Positions 19,598 to 30,105 are shown, counted from the first letter of the stretch. The stretch is DNA of 64,000 nt from an uncultured delta proteobacterium (GCA_963845145.1 CAWJQU010000016.1:60689-124688); one strand, 5' to 3'. Notes: generated by a model not told the origin, from the letters alone. Translations and numbers: made by a program.

Positions 19598-21352
19598 ATG
19601 GTTACTCATATGAATATGCAAAACAGTTCCCAATTTGACCCCATCACCCTTGAAATTCTCTGGCGTCGTCTGGTTTCGATCGTAGACGAAGCTGATGCTT
19701 CCGTAGCCAGGACCGCTTTTTCGAGCTTGCTTCGGGATGCCCATGACTACACCTGTATGTTTACCGACAGCAGAGGCCAGGAGCTTGTTCAAGGGACCTT
19801 CTGCACCCCCGGTCAGGCCGGGGCGATGGCCATCGGTGTCAAAAAGCTGATTAACTCGCAACCGATAGAGGATTACCGACCGGGTGATGCCTTTATCGTA
19901 AACGATCCCTGGGCCCTCGCCGGCCATCTCAATGATGTTTGCGTCTGGAGCCCGATTTTTTATAAAGATCGTCCGGTAGCATTTACTGCCTGTGTCTTTC
20001 ACCATTCGGATATCGGCGGGCGGGTCTCGTCGGATAACCGCGAGGTTTTTGAAGAGGGGCTGTTTTTACCGCTCTTGAAACTTTATGATGCCGGGCGGTT
20101 AAATGAAGAAGTGATCAATCTCATTCGGTGGAACGTTCGGACACCGGATGAGGTGATCGGTGACATACGCTCTCAAATCGCCGCCAACCATGTCTGTGGC
20201 GAGAAGATCATTGAGATGATGGAAGAAGAAGGTCTGGATACCATTGATGACCTGGCTGACGAAATTATCGGACGTACCGAGTCCAGTATGCGCGCGGCTA
20301 TCGCAAAAATTCCGGATGGCGTTTACCCCTATGAAGGGGTGATAGAAGGCGCCGGAAAGCAAGAAGACATAACGATTCGGCTAACGGTTAAGGTGGAAAA
20401 TGACGATATCACCGTAGATTTTGACGGCACATCACGCCAGGTGGGATGGGGGGTCAATGTCGTCTACAACTTTACATACGCTTATGTATTCATGGCCATT
20501 AAAAGCGCATTCGATCCGGATATTCCTATTAATGAGGGCGCCATTCGTCCCATTAATATGACGGCCCCTGAAAATACCGTGGTCAACTGCGGGCATCCGG
20601 CTGCAGTGGCGGCCCGCATGCAAGTCGGACATTTTATGACTGAAATGGTTTTCAAAGCGCTCTCCGCTGCCACGCCGGACAATATTATTGCCGGAAGTGG
20701 TGGAACGCCTGCCCAGACAAACATTTTCTACGGGCGACGCCACGATGAAAAACCCTGGCATACCATGATTATTCGTGGCGGGGGTATGGGCGCCGGTAGT
20801 GGTGCTGATGGCCACCATTGCGCAATCTTTCCGGCCAATGGTGCCAATACGCCCGTTGAAATTTTTGAAAGCGATACACCCCTGATTGTCGAATCGCGAG
20901 CCCTGGTGTGTGATTCAGGTGGCCCCGGACGCATGCGGGGTGGCATCGGACGCAAGATGATAATTCGAGTGCCCGACGATGAGTTGGCGCCTTTATCACC
21001 GACAACCATTGCGGTCCAAGCCGGTCGTTTTCGCTACCCACCGGATGGGGTTTTTGGTGGACAACCCGGCAAACACGCCCTCTTTTTGAAAAACGAAGAT
21101 CCGGCTGATCCCAGCGGCCTAACATTTTGTGACCCCGGCGATACAATGTCCTTCTACAGTGCCGGTGGTGGCGGCTACGGGTCACCCCTTGAACGGGAGC
21201 CCGAAGCCGTTGCAGCAGATGTTAAGAAAGGATATGTCAGTATAGAAGGCGCCAAAAATGCTTACGGTACGGTGATTGACCCCCAGAGTTTCCTGGTGGA
21301 TGCAGAAGCAACTGCAAAGCTACGAGGCGATATGGCCAATGATGCAACTTAA
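19598..21352 (+). CDS. Hydantoinase B/oxoprolinase subunit B
   Basis: DPITLEI, RTAFS, NDPW..GHLND, HHSDIGG, EEGL, NVRTP, NTPVE, SGGPGRMRGG and GGGGYG. Confidence 0.93.
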   Translation: MVTHMNMQNSSQFDPITLEILWRRLVSIVDEADASVARTAFSSLLRDAHDYTCMFTDSRGQELVQGTFCTPGQAGAMAIGVKKLINSQPIEDYRPGDAFIVNDPWALAGHLNDVCVWSPIFYKDRPVAFTACVFHHSDIGGRVSSDNREVFEEGLFLPLLKLYDAGRLNEEVINLIRWNVRTPDEVIGDIRSQIAANHVCGEKIIEMMEEEGLDTIDDLADEIIGRTESSMRAAIAKIPDGVYPYEGVIEGAGKQEDITIRLTVKVENDDITVDFDGTSRQVGWGVNVVYNFTYAYVFMAIKSAFDPDIPINEGAIRPINMTAPENTVVNCGHPAAVAARMQVGHFMTEMVFKALSAATPDNIIAGSGGTPAQTNIFYGRRHDEKPWHTMIIRGGGMGAGSGADGHHCAIFPANGANTPVEIFESDTPLIVESRALVCDSGGPGRMRGGIGRKMIIRVPDDELAPLSPTTIAVQAGRFRYPPDGVFGGQPGKHALFLKNEDPADPSGLTFCDPGDTMSFYSAGGGGYGSPLEREPEAVAADVKKGYVSIEGAKNAYGTVIDPQSFLVDAEATAKLRGDMANDAT

Positions 21353-21371
21353 CCGATAAGGCGAGTGAATC

Positions 21372-22664
21372 ATGAAAAAATCGTTTATGCCGTCTTTCAA
21401 TACTACGGATGAATTGAACCGTCATCAGCTTGAAGGTTTGAAGTGGACGATCAAGCACGCTTTTGAAGGGTCTGACTTCTATCGCCAGAAGTTGGAAACG
21501 GCCGACATCCGCCCTGATCAAATTCAGACCTTAGATGACATCCGTAAACTCCCATTTACCGAGGCGGAAGATCTCAAGGCCGGATATCCTTACCCGCTTC
21601 TCAGTGTTCCGCTTGCCGATGTGGTCCGTGTTCATGCCTCGTCGGGTACCACAGGTAAAAAAAAGGTGTTGTGCTATACCCAAAAAGATATCGACGATTG
21701 GGCCCATATGTTTGCGCGGTGCTATGAGATGGCCGGGTTAACACCAGATGACCGGGTTCAAATTGCGGTGGGATACGGTATCTGGACAGCTGGCGTCGGA
21801 TTTCAGCTGGGATGTGAAAAATTCGGTGCCCTGGCAATTCCTGTGGGGCCGGGTAATATCGATTTACAGTGCCGTTTTTTGGTTGATCTAAAATCCACTG
21901 TGATGTGTTGTACCGCCTCCATGGCGCTGCTGATGGCAGAGGAGGTTGAACGGCGGGGGATTAAAAATCAGATTGCGTTGAAAAAAATTATCTTTGGTTC
22001 CGAAAGAAGTAGTAAAGCCATGCGGGACCGCATCCAGGCTCTTTTGGGGCTGGAAGATATGTTTGATATCCCCGGCATGACCGAACTGTATGGCCCCGGT
22101 ACCGGCTTAGAATGTCTTCAGCACGAAGGTATTCACTATTGGGCCGACAACTATATTCTTGAGATACTTGATCCTGACAAGCTTCTCCCGGTAAAGGAAG
22201 GGGAAATCGGTGAAATGGTTGTGACCACCTTGAAAAAAGAAGCGGCCCCCCTGATACGATACCGAACCCATGATTTAACACGGGCCATCCAAACCTCGTG
22301 TTCTTGTGGAAACATTCTGCCCAGGCATGACCGGATACTGGGGCGAACCGACGACATGATCATCTTTCGTGCTGTCAATATTTACCCCGGGCAGATTGAT
22401 GAAGTGCTTTCGTCGGTACCGAATCTAAGCAGCGAGTATCAGATTATTCTCGACGCTGATGATGACGGTAAAGATTATATGACCATTCGAGTGGAAAGCC
22501 TCCAAGGCGCGAGTTCGGGGGAACGAGCCGAAATCGCCGATCAAGTCGCTGGTGAGGTCAAAAATCAAATAATGGTCAGTTGCAAAGTGGACGTGGTGGA
22601 GTATGCCGGGTTACCCCGTTCGGAAAGAAAATCTAAGCGGGTATATGATCACCGGGATCGTTAG
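21372..22664 (+). CDS. Phenylacetate-CoA ligase family protein (PaaK/IaaB-like)
   Basis: HASSGTTGK, YGIWTAG, GMTELYGPG, PLIRYRT, GRTDDM and RKSKRV. Confidence 0.92.
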   Translation: MKKSFMPSFNTTDELNRHQLEGLKWTIKHAFEGSDFYRQKLETADIRPDQIQTLDDIRKLPFTEAEDLKAGYPYPLLSVPLADVVRVHASSGTTGKKKVLCYTQKDIDDWAHMFARCYEMAGLTPDDRVQIAVGYGIWTAGVGFQLGCEKFGALAIPVGPGNIDLQCRFLVDLKSTVMCCTASMALLMAEEVERRGIKNQIALKKIIFGSERSSKAMRDRIQALLGLEDMFDIPGMTELYGPGTGLECLQHEGIHYWADNYILEILDPDKLLPVKEGEIGEMVVTTLKKEAAPLIRYRTHDLTRAIQTSCSCGNILPRHDRILGRTDDMIIFRAVNIYPGQIDEVLSSVPNLSSEYQIILDADDDGKDYMTIRVESLQGASSGERAEIADQVAGEVKNQIMVSCKVDVVEYAGLPRSERKSKRVYDHRDR

Positions 22665-22772
22665 CTGTTACGAGAAGGTGTCTCGGGCCAAAATTTTTAT
22701 GATGGTTCGGCTTGGCATGAAATGTGATATGTGGTTTTGAAACCGCCCAAACAAAAGGAAAGCGTACTTACA

Positions 22773-23654
22773 ATGAAACCCTTTACCTATCTCATCCCCA
22801 AAACATTGGACGAAGCGGTATCGTTATTTGAGTCCCACGAAGGGCATTCGGCCTACATTGCCGGTGGTACGGATGTGCTCATAAAAATTAAAGAGCGCAA
22901 ACTGTTGCCGGATTATCTGGTTTCGCTCAAACATATTTTGAGCCCGGATAAACCCTTGTTAAATGAAGACACCAAAGAGTTGTACATCAGTGCTTTCATT
23001 ACCCACCGGACGCTGGAGGAGTCGACCTTGATTCAGCGTTCTTATCCGATATTGCACGATGCCGTTCAAAATATCGGATCCGTTCAGGTTCGTAATACGG
23101 CAACCATTGGCGGAAACCTGGTTAATGCGGTTCCATCAGCAGACGGCGCCATCCCTTTGGTCACCATGGATGCAACAGTTAATATCTATGGAACCAAAGG
23201 CATGCGGTCGGTCGATTTGATCCACTTTTTCCTCGGGCCTGGTCAGTCGGTCCTTGAAAAGGGTGAAATCCTCACTGAAATTGTTGTGCCGCCAATGCTG
23301 CCCCGGACGGGTTGTGCCTATGTCAAGTTCGGTCGTCGCAAGGCCATGGAACTGCCATTGTTGGGTGTTGGCATGTTGCTAAGCTTTGATGATGATCAGC
23401 GGACATGTGTAAAGGCACGGATCGGGCTTGGTGTGGCCGCCCCAACGCCGATGCGGGCATTTAGTGCGGAGCGGTATCTGAAAGGGAAAGAGATAAATGA
23501 GCAGACCCTTACGGAGGCCGGCCAAATCGCCGCTGACGAAGCCAGGGTTCGTGACAGTATTCGAGGCGTGGCCTGGTATCGGCGGGAATTAGTGGGGGTT
23601 TTGGTTAAACGAATGGGATTTAAATGCCTTCAGCGTGCAGGGCTTACAAAATAA
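22773..23654 (+). CDS. Xanthine dehydrogenase family FAD-binding subunit
   Basis: IAGGTD, IGSVQVRNTATIGGNLVNAVPSADG and GEILTEI. No Cys-rich insertion. Confidence 0.92.
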   Translation: MKPFTYLIPKTLDEAVSLFESHEGHSAYIAGGTDVLIKIKERKLLPDYLVSLKHILSPDKPLLNEDTKELYISAFITHRTLEESTLIQRSYPILHDAVQNIGSVQVRNTATIGGNLVNAVPSADGAIPLVTMDATVNIYGTKGMRSVDLIHFFLGPGQSVLEKGEILTEIVVPPMLPRTGCAYVKFGRRKAMELPLLGVGMLLSFDDDQRTCVKARIGLGVAAPTPMRAFSAERYLKGKEINEQTLTEAGQIAADEARVRDSIRGVAWYRRELVGVLVKRMGFKCLQRAGLTK

Positions 23655-23675
23655 AATAGATATGGAGGCAGCAAG

Positions 23676-24188
23676 ATGAGTCGTAAAATCACATTTATTT
23701 TAAACAATAACGAAACGTCCGTGGATATAGAGGACAACTGGACCCTGATGCAGCTTTTGAGAGAAGAGTTGGGACTTTTAGGGACCAAAGAGGGGTGCGG
23801 AAGCGGCGAGTGTGGTGCGTGTACCGTCATCGTCGATGGGGCAGCCATTAACTCCTGTCTATACCTGGCTATTGAAGCTGAGGGAAAAACCGTTGTGACG
23901 ATTGAAGGGCTGGCTTCGCCCGAAGGACAGCTTCACCCCGTTCAAAAAGCGTTTATTGAAAATGGCGGTATTCAATGCGGGTATTGTTCACCCGGGATGA
24001 TATTGTCAGCCACTGCGCTTTTAGAGGAAAACCCGGCACCGACGGATGATGAGATTAAACATGCCATCGCAGGCAATATTTGTCGCTGCACTGGGTATGT
24101 CCAAATCATTGAATCCATAAAAAAGGCTGCCCAGTCGGATACCGAGGACGTAAACGTTATGGCCTGGCGAGGGGATTCCGAGGCTTAA
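23676..24188 (+). CDS. Xanthine dehydrogenase family 2x[2Fe-2S] subunit
   Basis: GCGSGECGACTV, NSC, QCGYCSPG and GNICRCTGY. Confidence 0.94.
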   Translation: MSRKITFILNNNETSVDIEDNWTLMQLLREELGLLGTKEGCGSGECGACTVIVDGAAINSCLYLAIEAEGKTVVTIEGLASPEGQLHPVQKAFIENGGIQCGYCSPGMILSATALLEENPAPTDDEIKHAIAGNICRCTGYVQIIESIKKAAQSDTEDVNVMAWRGDSEA

Positions 24189-24229
24189 GGGTATGCTAAC
24201 CCATAATTTTAAATGAATGCGAGAATACC

Positions 24230-26548
24230 ATGACGAAATTATCCATAGTCGGTAAAAGAGTACCAAAGCTCGATGCAGCTGAGAAAGCCACCGGGCGATC
24301 CAAGTATATCCAGGACGTGAGCCTGCCGGGAATGCTGTACGGTAAATTATTGTATAGCAAATACCCGCATGCACGAATTGTAAACATCGATACATCCCGG
24401 GCCAAAGCACTTCAGGGCGTGCGCGTGGTATTAACCGGCGATGATATCCCTGACTTTAGAATGGGGGTTTACAAGGACAATCCCCCACTTAAAGCGGGGA
24501 AAGTGCGTTCGTATCGGGATGAAGTGGCCGCTGTTGCCGCCATTTCTCCTGAAATTGCCGAGGAGGCATTAAATCTGATCGAAGTGACCTATGAGTCCCT
24601 TCCCGCTATATTCGATCCCGAAGCGGCCATGGAAAAGGATGCCCCGTTGGTACACGAGGGTCATAAAACCAATATCCTTAAAATGCCCTGGAAGCTGCAC
24701 TATGGTGATGTAGAAGCGGCCAAAGCAGAGGCCGCCCACGTTGTGGAAGAAAGATTTTCCACGACCTGGGTCACGCATTGCTGTTTGGGAACCAGTGGCT
24801 GCATAGCTGATTTCGATCATGATAATCACCTGACGGTGTATAGCAATACCCAGATTCCATCTTTGGCGCAAAAAGACTTTCTGGGCACCCTAAAAAGCCT
24901 AGGATTAAAGAATCGACGAATTCGGGTTATCAAGCCGATCATCGGAGGCGGATTCGGGAGCAAACTCGATACGTACGCCTATGAGCATGTTGCCATCCTT
25001 CTGGCCTTTCATGCCCGGCAGCCGGTAAAGATACAGTTCGACCGCACAGAAGAGTTTAAAGCCACCTCCACACGCCAACCGACCATTATCGAAATATCCC
25101 AAGGGTGTGATGAAAGCGGTAAATTGCTGTTCAGAGATATACGCATGATTTTGGATAACGGTGCCTATACCTCCTGGGGTGCTACAACACCTTCCGTCAT
25201 GATGTTACCAATTTCTTCATTGTATCGGGTGCCTAACGTTCGTTACAAGGCGATTTGTGTTTATACCAACAACACCTATTCCCAGGCCATGCGCGGGTAC
25301 GGAAACCCACAAGCCACCTTTGCCATTGAAAGCACCATGGATATGCTGGCGGAGGCTGCCGGGATTGACCCGATTGAATTTCGGCGAATCAACGCCAACA
25401 AGTCAAATGAAGAGACACCCCAAGGGTTTAAAATTACCACCTGCGGACTGGACGGGTGTATTGACAAAGTGGTCTCGGAATTGGGAGATCTCGGTGATAA
25501 AGAAAAAGGTGAGGGGGTTGGCTACGCATCATTGGTTCATGTGGGCGGCGGTGCACGCGTTTATAAATCGGATGGGTGCGGCACGTTAATGAAAATGAAC
25601 GATTACGGACAGATAGATGTGTTTACCGGGGCGACCGATATGGGCCAGGGCGCGGATACGGTCATAGCCCAGTTGGTGGCTGAAGAGCTCGGGTTAAACA
25701 TTGAAGATATTCATGTGGTTCACAACGATACCGATGTTTGTCCTTGGGATGTGGGTGCCCATGCCAGTCGGACGACATTTGTAGCTGGTAACGCAGCCCT
25801 TGGGGCGGCTAAAATTCTCAAAGATAAAATATTAACATTGGCTGCTAATGCCTTGGATATTGATCCTCAAACATTGGTCATGCAAAACCGAACCGTCATG
25901 TCCAAAGAAGATGAAGAAAAACAGATCGATTTAGGGAAGCTGCTTCGCAAGGCCCATTTCAGCCCAGGCGGCAATATGCTTATGGCGGAGTATTTCTATG
26001 ATCCCGACAACGATAATCTTGGGCGTGATTTTAAAGGCAACCTGTCCATGACCTATACTTTTGGTACTCATGGGGCCAGGGTTAAAGTGGATGAAGAGAC
26101 CGGCAAAGTGGAAATCCTGGACTACATCGCGGTTCACGATGTGGGGCGCGCCATCAACCCCATGCTCTTGGAAGGACAGGTTTATGGTGGTGTGATGATG
26201 GGGATCGGTTATGCGTTGACCGAGCAGGTGCAACTGGAAAAGGGTGAAATGATGAACCCCAATTTCAGGGACTACAAAATATTAACCGCCAAGGATACGG
26301 TAAATATTAAAGCCCCCGTCCTAGAAACCGTTGACGAGGATGGTCCTTACGGGGCCAAAGGCATCGGTGAGCCTGGATGTGTGCCTACCGCACCTGCCAT
26401 TGCCAATGCCATCTATGACGCGGTGGGGGTGCGGATCAAAGATCTGCCTATTACACCGGAACGGGTTTTAGCCGCTCTGAAACAACAGAAAGGCGCTGAT
26501 TCCTGCGGGATTGACCCCTTGACTGAAAAGACGTATGATTGCTCGTAA
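24230..26548 (+). CDS. Xanthine dehydrogenase family molybdopterin-binding subunit
   Basis: SKYPHARI, GGGFGSK, AMRGYG, DMGQG, ASRTT, DVGRAINP and GAKGIGE. Confidence 0.94.
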   Translation: MTKLSIVGKRVPKLDAAEKATGRSKYIQDVSLPGMLYGKLLYSKYPHARIVNIDTSRAKALQGVRVVLTGDDIPDFRMGVYKDNPPLKAGKVRSYRDEVAAVAAISPEIAEEALNLIEVTYESLPAIFDPEAAMEKDAPLVHEGHKTNILKMPWKLHYGDVEAAKAEAAHVVEERFSTTWVTHCCLGTSGCIADFDHDNHLTVYSNTQIPSLAQKDFLGTLKSLGLKNRRIRVIKPIIGGGFGSKLDTYAYEHVAILLAFHARQPVKIQFDRTEEFKATSTRQPTIIEISQGCDESGKLLFRDIRMILDNGAYTSWGATTPSVMMLPISSLYRVPNVRYKAICVYTNNTYSQAMRGYGNPQATFAIESTMDMLAEAAGIDPIEFRRINANKSNEETPQGFKITTCGLDGCIDKVVSELGDLGDKEKGEGVGYASLVHVGGGARVYKSDGCGTLMKMNDYGQIDVFTGATDMGQGADTVIAQLVAEELGLNIEDIHVVHNDTDVCPWDVGAHASRTTFVAGNAALGAAKILKDKILTLAANALDIDPQTLVMQNRTVMSKEDEEKQIDLGKLLRKAHFSPGGNMLMAEYFYDPDNDNLGRDFKGNLSMTYTFGTHGARVKVDEETGKVEILDYIAVHDVGRAINPMLLEGQVYGGVMMGIGYALTEQVQLEKGEMMNPNFRDYKILTAKDTVNIKAPVLETVDEDGPYGAKGIGEPGCVPTAPAIANAIYDAVGVRIKDLPITPERVLAALKQQKGADSCGIDPLTEKTYDCS

Positions 26549-26603
26549 TTCCTACTTTTTTTCTATCTGTGGCTCAATAAGCCCTTACCAAGGAGGTATC
26601 GTA

Positions 26604-27617
26604 ATGAAACAAAGAAATTTGTTGGTAACTGTGGCCATTTCCCTGTCGGTGATATTTGGGTTTGCAATCCTGGTCCCCACTGCCATCGCCGGACCAATTA
26701 AATTGAGCTATGCCAATTTTCCACCCCCCGTCACTTTCCCTTGCGTGCAGATGGAACGGTGGAAAAATGAGGTGGAGAAGCGTACTAACGGCCAAGTTAA
26801 AATTGATACGTTTCCTGGTGGCACGCTCTTGGGCCCCAAAAACATGATGGACGGTGTTATCGCCGGGAATGCGGATATCGGCAACCTTTGTCAGGCCTAC
26901 CAGCCGGGACGCTTTGTCATCTCCAATGCCGTGGCATTGCCCCTGGGTATTCCCAATGCGAAAGTCGGCAGCCTGGTATTATATGACCTATACAAAAAAT
27001 ATAATTTTGGCCCGTTTGCCGATGTAAAGGTGCTGACCATGTTTACGACCGCACCATCCAATATCATGTCCAAGGTACCGATTCGCAGTTTGGCCGACAT
27101 CAAAGGCGTTTCACTGCGTGCCTCCGGCGGAGCGGCTCAGATCCTGAAATCCTGGGGTGCCAACCAAATCGGCATGCCTATGTCCGCCACACCGGAAGCG
27201 CTTCAAAAGGGAACTGTCAAAGGGCTCTTTTCCTCGGTGGAAGTGATGAAGGATTTCAAATTTGCAGAACTCTGTAAATACGTCACTTATACCAATACAC
27301 CTATCTATCCGTTTGCAGTCGTCATGAACATGGACAAATGGAACGCTTTGCCGGCAGATGTTCAGAAGGTATTAGACGATCTGGCCTTGGAACAAGCGGA
27401 ATGGACTGGCATCTACATGGACAACCACGTCAAGGAGTCCATAGAATGGTCCCAAAAAGAGCAAGGTGTTGAATTTATCGATCTGAAGGACAAAGCCGAA
27501 TGGGATAAAGCCCTGGAACCCATTGTGGCAGCCTGGATCTCCAAAAACGAAGGCAAAGTTCCGGCCAAACAGATTGTTGAAGATATTCGCGCCCTAATTG
27601 CCAAGCATTCAAAATAG
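26604..27617 (+). CDS. dctP: TRAP transporter substrate-binding protein DctP
   Basis: Signal peptide, KRTNGQVKIDTFPGGTL and ALQKG. AGGAGG RBS before ATG 26604; followed by small and large TRAP permeases. Confidence 0.9.
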   Translation: MKQRNLLVTVAISLSVIFGFAILVPTAIAGPIKLSYANFPPPVTFPCVQMERWKNEVEKRTNGQVKIDTFPGGTLLGPKNMMDGVIAGNADIGNLCQAYQPGRFVISNAVALPLGIPNAKVGSLVLYDLYKKYNFGPFADVKVLTMFTTAPSNIMSKVPIRSLADIKGVSLRASGGAAQILKSWGANQIGMPMSATPEALQKGTVKGLFSSVEVMKDFKFAELCKYVTYTNTPIYPFAVVMNMDKWNALPADVQKVLDDLALEQAEWTGIYMDNHVKESIEWSQKEQGVEFIDLKDKAEWDKALEPIVAAWISKNEGKVPAKQIVEDIRALIAKHSK

Positions 27618-27674
27618 TGATGAACCAGGCCAGTTTTAGAAAGACAAATAGAGGCCTCTCATTGATGGAGCACC

Positions 27675-28166
27675 GTGGCACTACTTGAAAAAGTTACTCA
27701 GTGGTTGGTGAATTTTCTCTCATTCATCGGCGGCGTATTTCTCATGGGAATGGTCACCATTACCTGTGCTAATATATTTTCGCGTGTTGTTTGGGCTCCC
27801 ATTCGGGGCACGTTCGAGTTGATGGGTTATGCCGGGGCCATTGTTGCCGCCTTTGCCCTCGGCTACACCCAGATCAAGAAAGGTCATGTTGCTGTTGATA
27901 TCCTGGTTACCAAGTATTCACCACGGGCCAAAAAGGTGGTCCACCGAATCAATTCTCTCCTTTGTCTACTTTTTTTCGTCATAGCGGCCTGGCAGCTCAC
28001 CCTCAAAGCCAACATTCTGATGAAAACCGGTGAAGTTACCGAGACCCTTCAAATCATCTACTATCCGTTTACTTATGCCGTGGCCCTCGGCTGTATAGTG
28101 TTAGCTCTGGTTTTAGTCGTGGAGCTGATCAACCCGTTTGGGCCTGACGCGAAGGTGAAGCGATGA
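27675..28166 (+). CDS. dctQ: TRAP transporter small permease DctQ
   Basis: Four TM segments, GTFELM and GHVAVDIL. Confidence 0.9.
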   Translation: MALLEKVTQWLVNFLSFIGGVFLMGMVTITCANIFSRVVWAPIRGTFELMGYAGAIVAAFALGYTQIKKGHVAVDILVTKYSPRAKKVVHRINSLLCLLFFVIAAWQLTLKANILMKTGEVTETLQIIYYPFTYAVALGCIVLALVLVVELINPFGPDAKVKR

Positions 28167-29467
28167 GTCTCGCCGTTATCGGTATATTGGGGATTGTCAT
28201 CCTGTTACTCGTGCTGTTTTTTCTCGGTATGCCGGTGGGATTTGCCATGGGTATTGTCGGGTTCGTCGGATTCTCTTACGTCGTCTCATTTAATGCCGGT
28301 GTCAATATGGTCGGCTCGGTTATGTGGGAAACCTTTTCCAAGTATGGTCTGACCGTTATCCCTTTGTTCATTTTCATGGGGCAGGTGGCCTTTTATTCGG
28401 GCGTTAACGAAAAACTGTACATGGCCGCCTATAAATGGGTTGGTCAAATACGGGGTGGCATTGCCATGGCCACAGTAATGGCCTGTGCCGCTTTTGCGGC
28501 CATTTGTGGTTCGAATGCCGCCACAGCCGCAACGATGACCACCGTGGCCTTACCCCAGATGAATAAATTCAAATACAACCCCAAGTTAAGTACCGGCGCC
28601 ATTGCCTGCGGCTCGACACTAGGAGTAGTCATTCCCCCAAGTGTTGTTCTTATTATTATCGGGTTATCCACCGAGCAATCGATTGCGAAATTGTTTTACG
28701 GTGGGATCGGCGCAGGGATATTACTGGCGTTCTTGATGGTCCTGACAACGTATCTGATTTGTTGTATTCATCCGGATTGGGGACCGGTGGGCCCAAAAAC
28801 CGGATGGGTAGAGAAATTTAAAGCCATTTCCGGTGCGATTGAAATGCTCGTAATATTCTTTCTGGTCATGATGGGATTGTACTTCGGCATCTTTACGCCC
28901 ACGGAAGCGGGGGCTGCCGGGTCATTTTTTGCGGTGGCGGTCAGCGTTTTCCAGAGGCGTTTGTCCTGGAAAGGCTTTATGGGCGCCATCACCGATACGC
29001 TTCGAATTTCGTGCATGGTTATCACTATCGTTGCCGGTGCAATGATATTTGGACGGTTTCTGGCAGTTACCCGAATCCCCTATGATATTGCCGATTGGGT
29101 CGTTAACCTGCCCGTTTCCGGGACGGTCATTATGGCCATCATCTTCTTTATCTATGTGATCGGTGGGGCCGTCATGGATGCACTGGCGCTTTTACTGATC
29201 ACCATTCCTATTTTTTTCCCAGTGGCCCAACAACTGGGATATGATCCCATTTGGTTCGGTGTTACCATCACCGTGGTCACAACCTTGGGTGCCGTAACGC
29301 CACCCGTTGGGGCCACAACCTATGTGGTCGGAGGAATGGCCAAAGATGTACCCCTCGAGGAAGTGTTTAAAGGGGTCACTTATTTTCTACCCGCCTATAT
29401 TATCTGTGTAATTATTTTAATGCTCTTTCCGGGTCTGGTTATGTTTTTACCGGGGTTGCTTCACTAA
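28163..29467 (+). CDS. dctM: TRAP transporter large permease DctM
   Basis: GMPVGFAMG, IPLF, AICGSN, LGVVIPPS, FTPTEAGA, DPIWFG and TPPVG. Confidence 0.93.
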   Translation: MSLAVIGILGIVILLLVLFFLGMPVGFAMGIVGFVGFSYVVSFNAGVNMVGSVMWETFSKYGLTVIPLFIFMGQVAFYSGVNEKLYMAAYKWVGQIRGGIAMATVMACAAFAAICGSNAATAATMTTVALPQMNKFKYNPKLSTGAIACGSTLGVVIPPSVVLIIIGLSTEQSIAKLFYGGIGAGILLAFLMVLTTYLICCIHPDWGPVGPKTGWVEKFKAISGAIEMLVIFFLVMMGLYFGIFTPTEAGAAGSFFAVAVSVFQRRLSWKGFMGAITDTLRISCMVITIVAGAMIFGRFLAVTRIPYDIADWVVNLPVSGTVIMAIIFFIYVIGGAVMDALALLLITIPIFFPVAQQLGYDPIWFGVTITVVTTLGAVTPPVGATTYVVGGMAKDVPLEEVFKGVTYFLPAYIICVIILMLFPGLVMFLPGLLH

Positions 29468-29511
29468 CAATTTTTTATAGAAATGACCCCTTTCATGGTA
29501 AAAGCGAGGGA

Positions 29512-30105
29512 TTATTCCCTTACGGCTTCGATGCTGACGGTAACGTTAACCCTACCTCCCACGGAATCATCCATTTTGCCCATCTTGTAATCCTTGCGGT
29601 TAATTGTAAATGATGATTCAAATCCGATTCGATAACCTCCCCAGGGATCCTTCCCGGCACCTGTCTGCAGAAGTTTCACCGTTAATGGCCGTGTAACACC
29701 ATGTAAGGTCAAATTTCCGGTAACTTCAAATGTGTCACTATCTATTTTTTTCCATGCCCTACTTTTAAAAGCCACTTTTGGAAAATATTTTGCATTGAAA
29801 AAATCAGGACTTCGAAGATGGTTATCTCGTTTGGGGGTATTTGTATTGATACTTCGAACGGTCACATACGCCTCAATCGAATTTTTTGTGGGGTTTTCAG
29901 GATCAATTTCAAGAGTTCCGTTAAAGTCGGTGAAATTTCCAGACACGTTGGAAATCGATAGGTGTTTGATTCGAAATTGAACGAAAGAATGAACCGGATC
30001 GAAATGATAAACATCAGCGGCGAGTGTTATCTTTGTGAGTACGAATATTATTATAAGCAATAAAAGGATATTGTGCTGTAACTTTTTGTATTTAAAAATA
30101 AACAT
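29512..30105 (-). CDS. yceI: YceI-family polyisoprenoid-binding periplasmic protein
   Basis: Signal peptide, DPVHSFVQF, RDNHLRSPDFF, GNLTLHGVT and DPWGG.RIGF. Confidence 0.9.
   Translation of the reverse strand: MFIFKYKKLQHNILLLLIIIFVLTKITLAADVYHFDPVHSFVQFRIKHLSISNVSGNFTDFNGTLEIDPENPTKNSIEAYVTVRSINTNTPKRDNHLRSPDFFNAKYFPKVAFKSRAWKKIDSDTFEVTGNLTLHGVTRPLTVKLLQTGAGKDPWGGYRIGFESSFTINRKDYKMGKMDDSVGGRVNVTVSIEAVRE

Noticed and set aside
17459..21352. Acetone or acetophenone carboxylase
   Set aside because: No small gamma-type or other additional subunits are present; only the A/B pair, in a lactam-opening context.
22773..26548. 4-hydroxybenzoyl-CoA reductase (HcrCAB)
   Set aside because: The FAD subunit lacks the Cys-rich [4Fe-4S] insertion of HcrB; a hydroxylase fits the context better.
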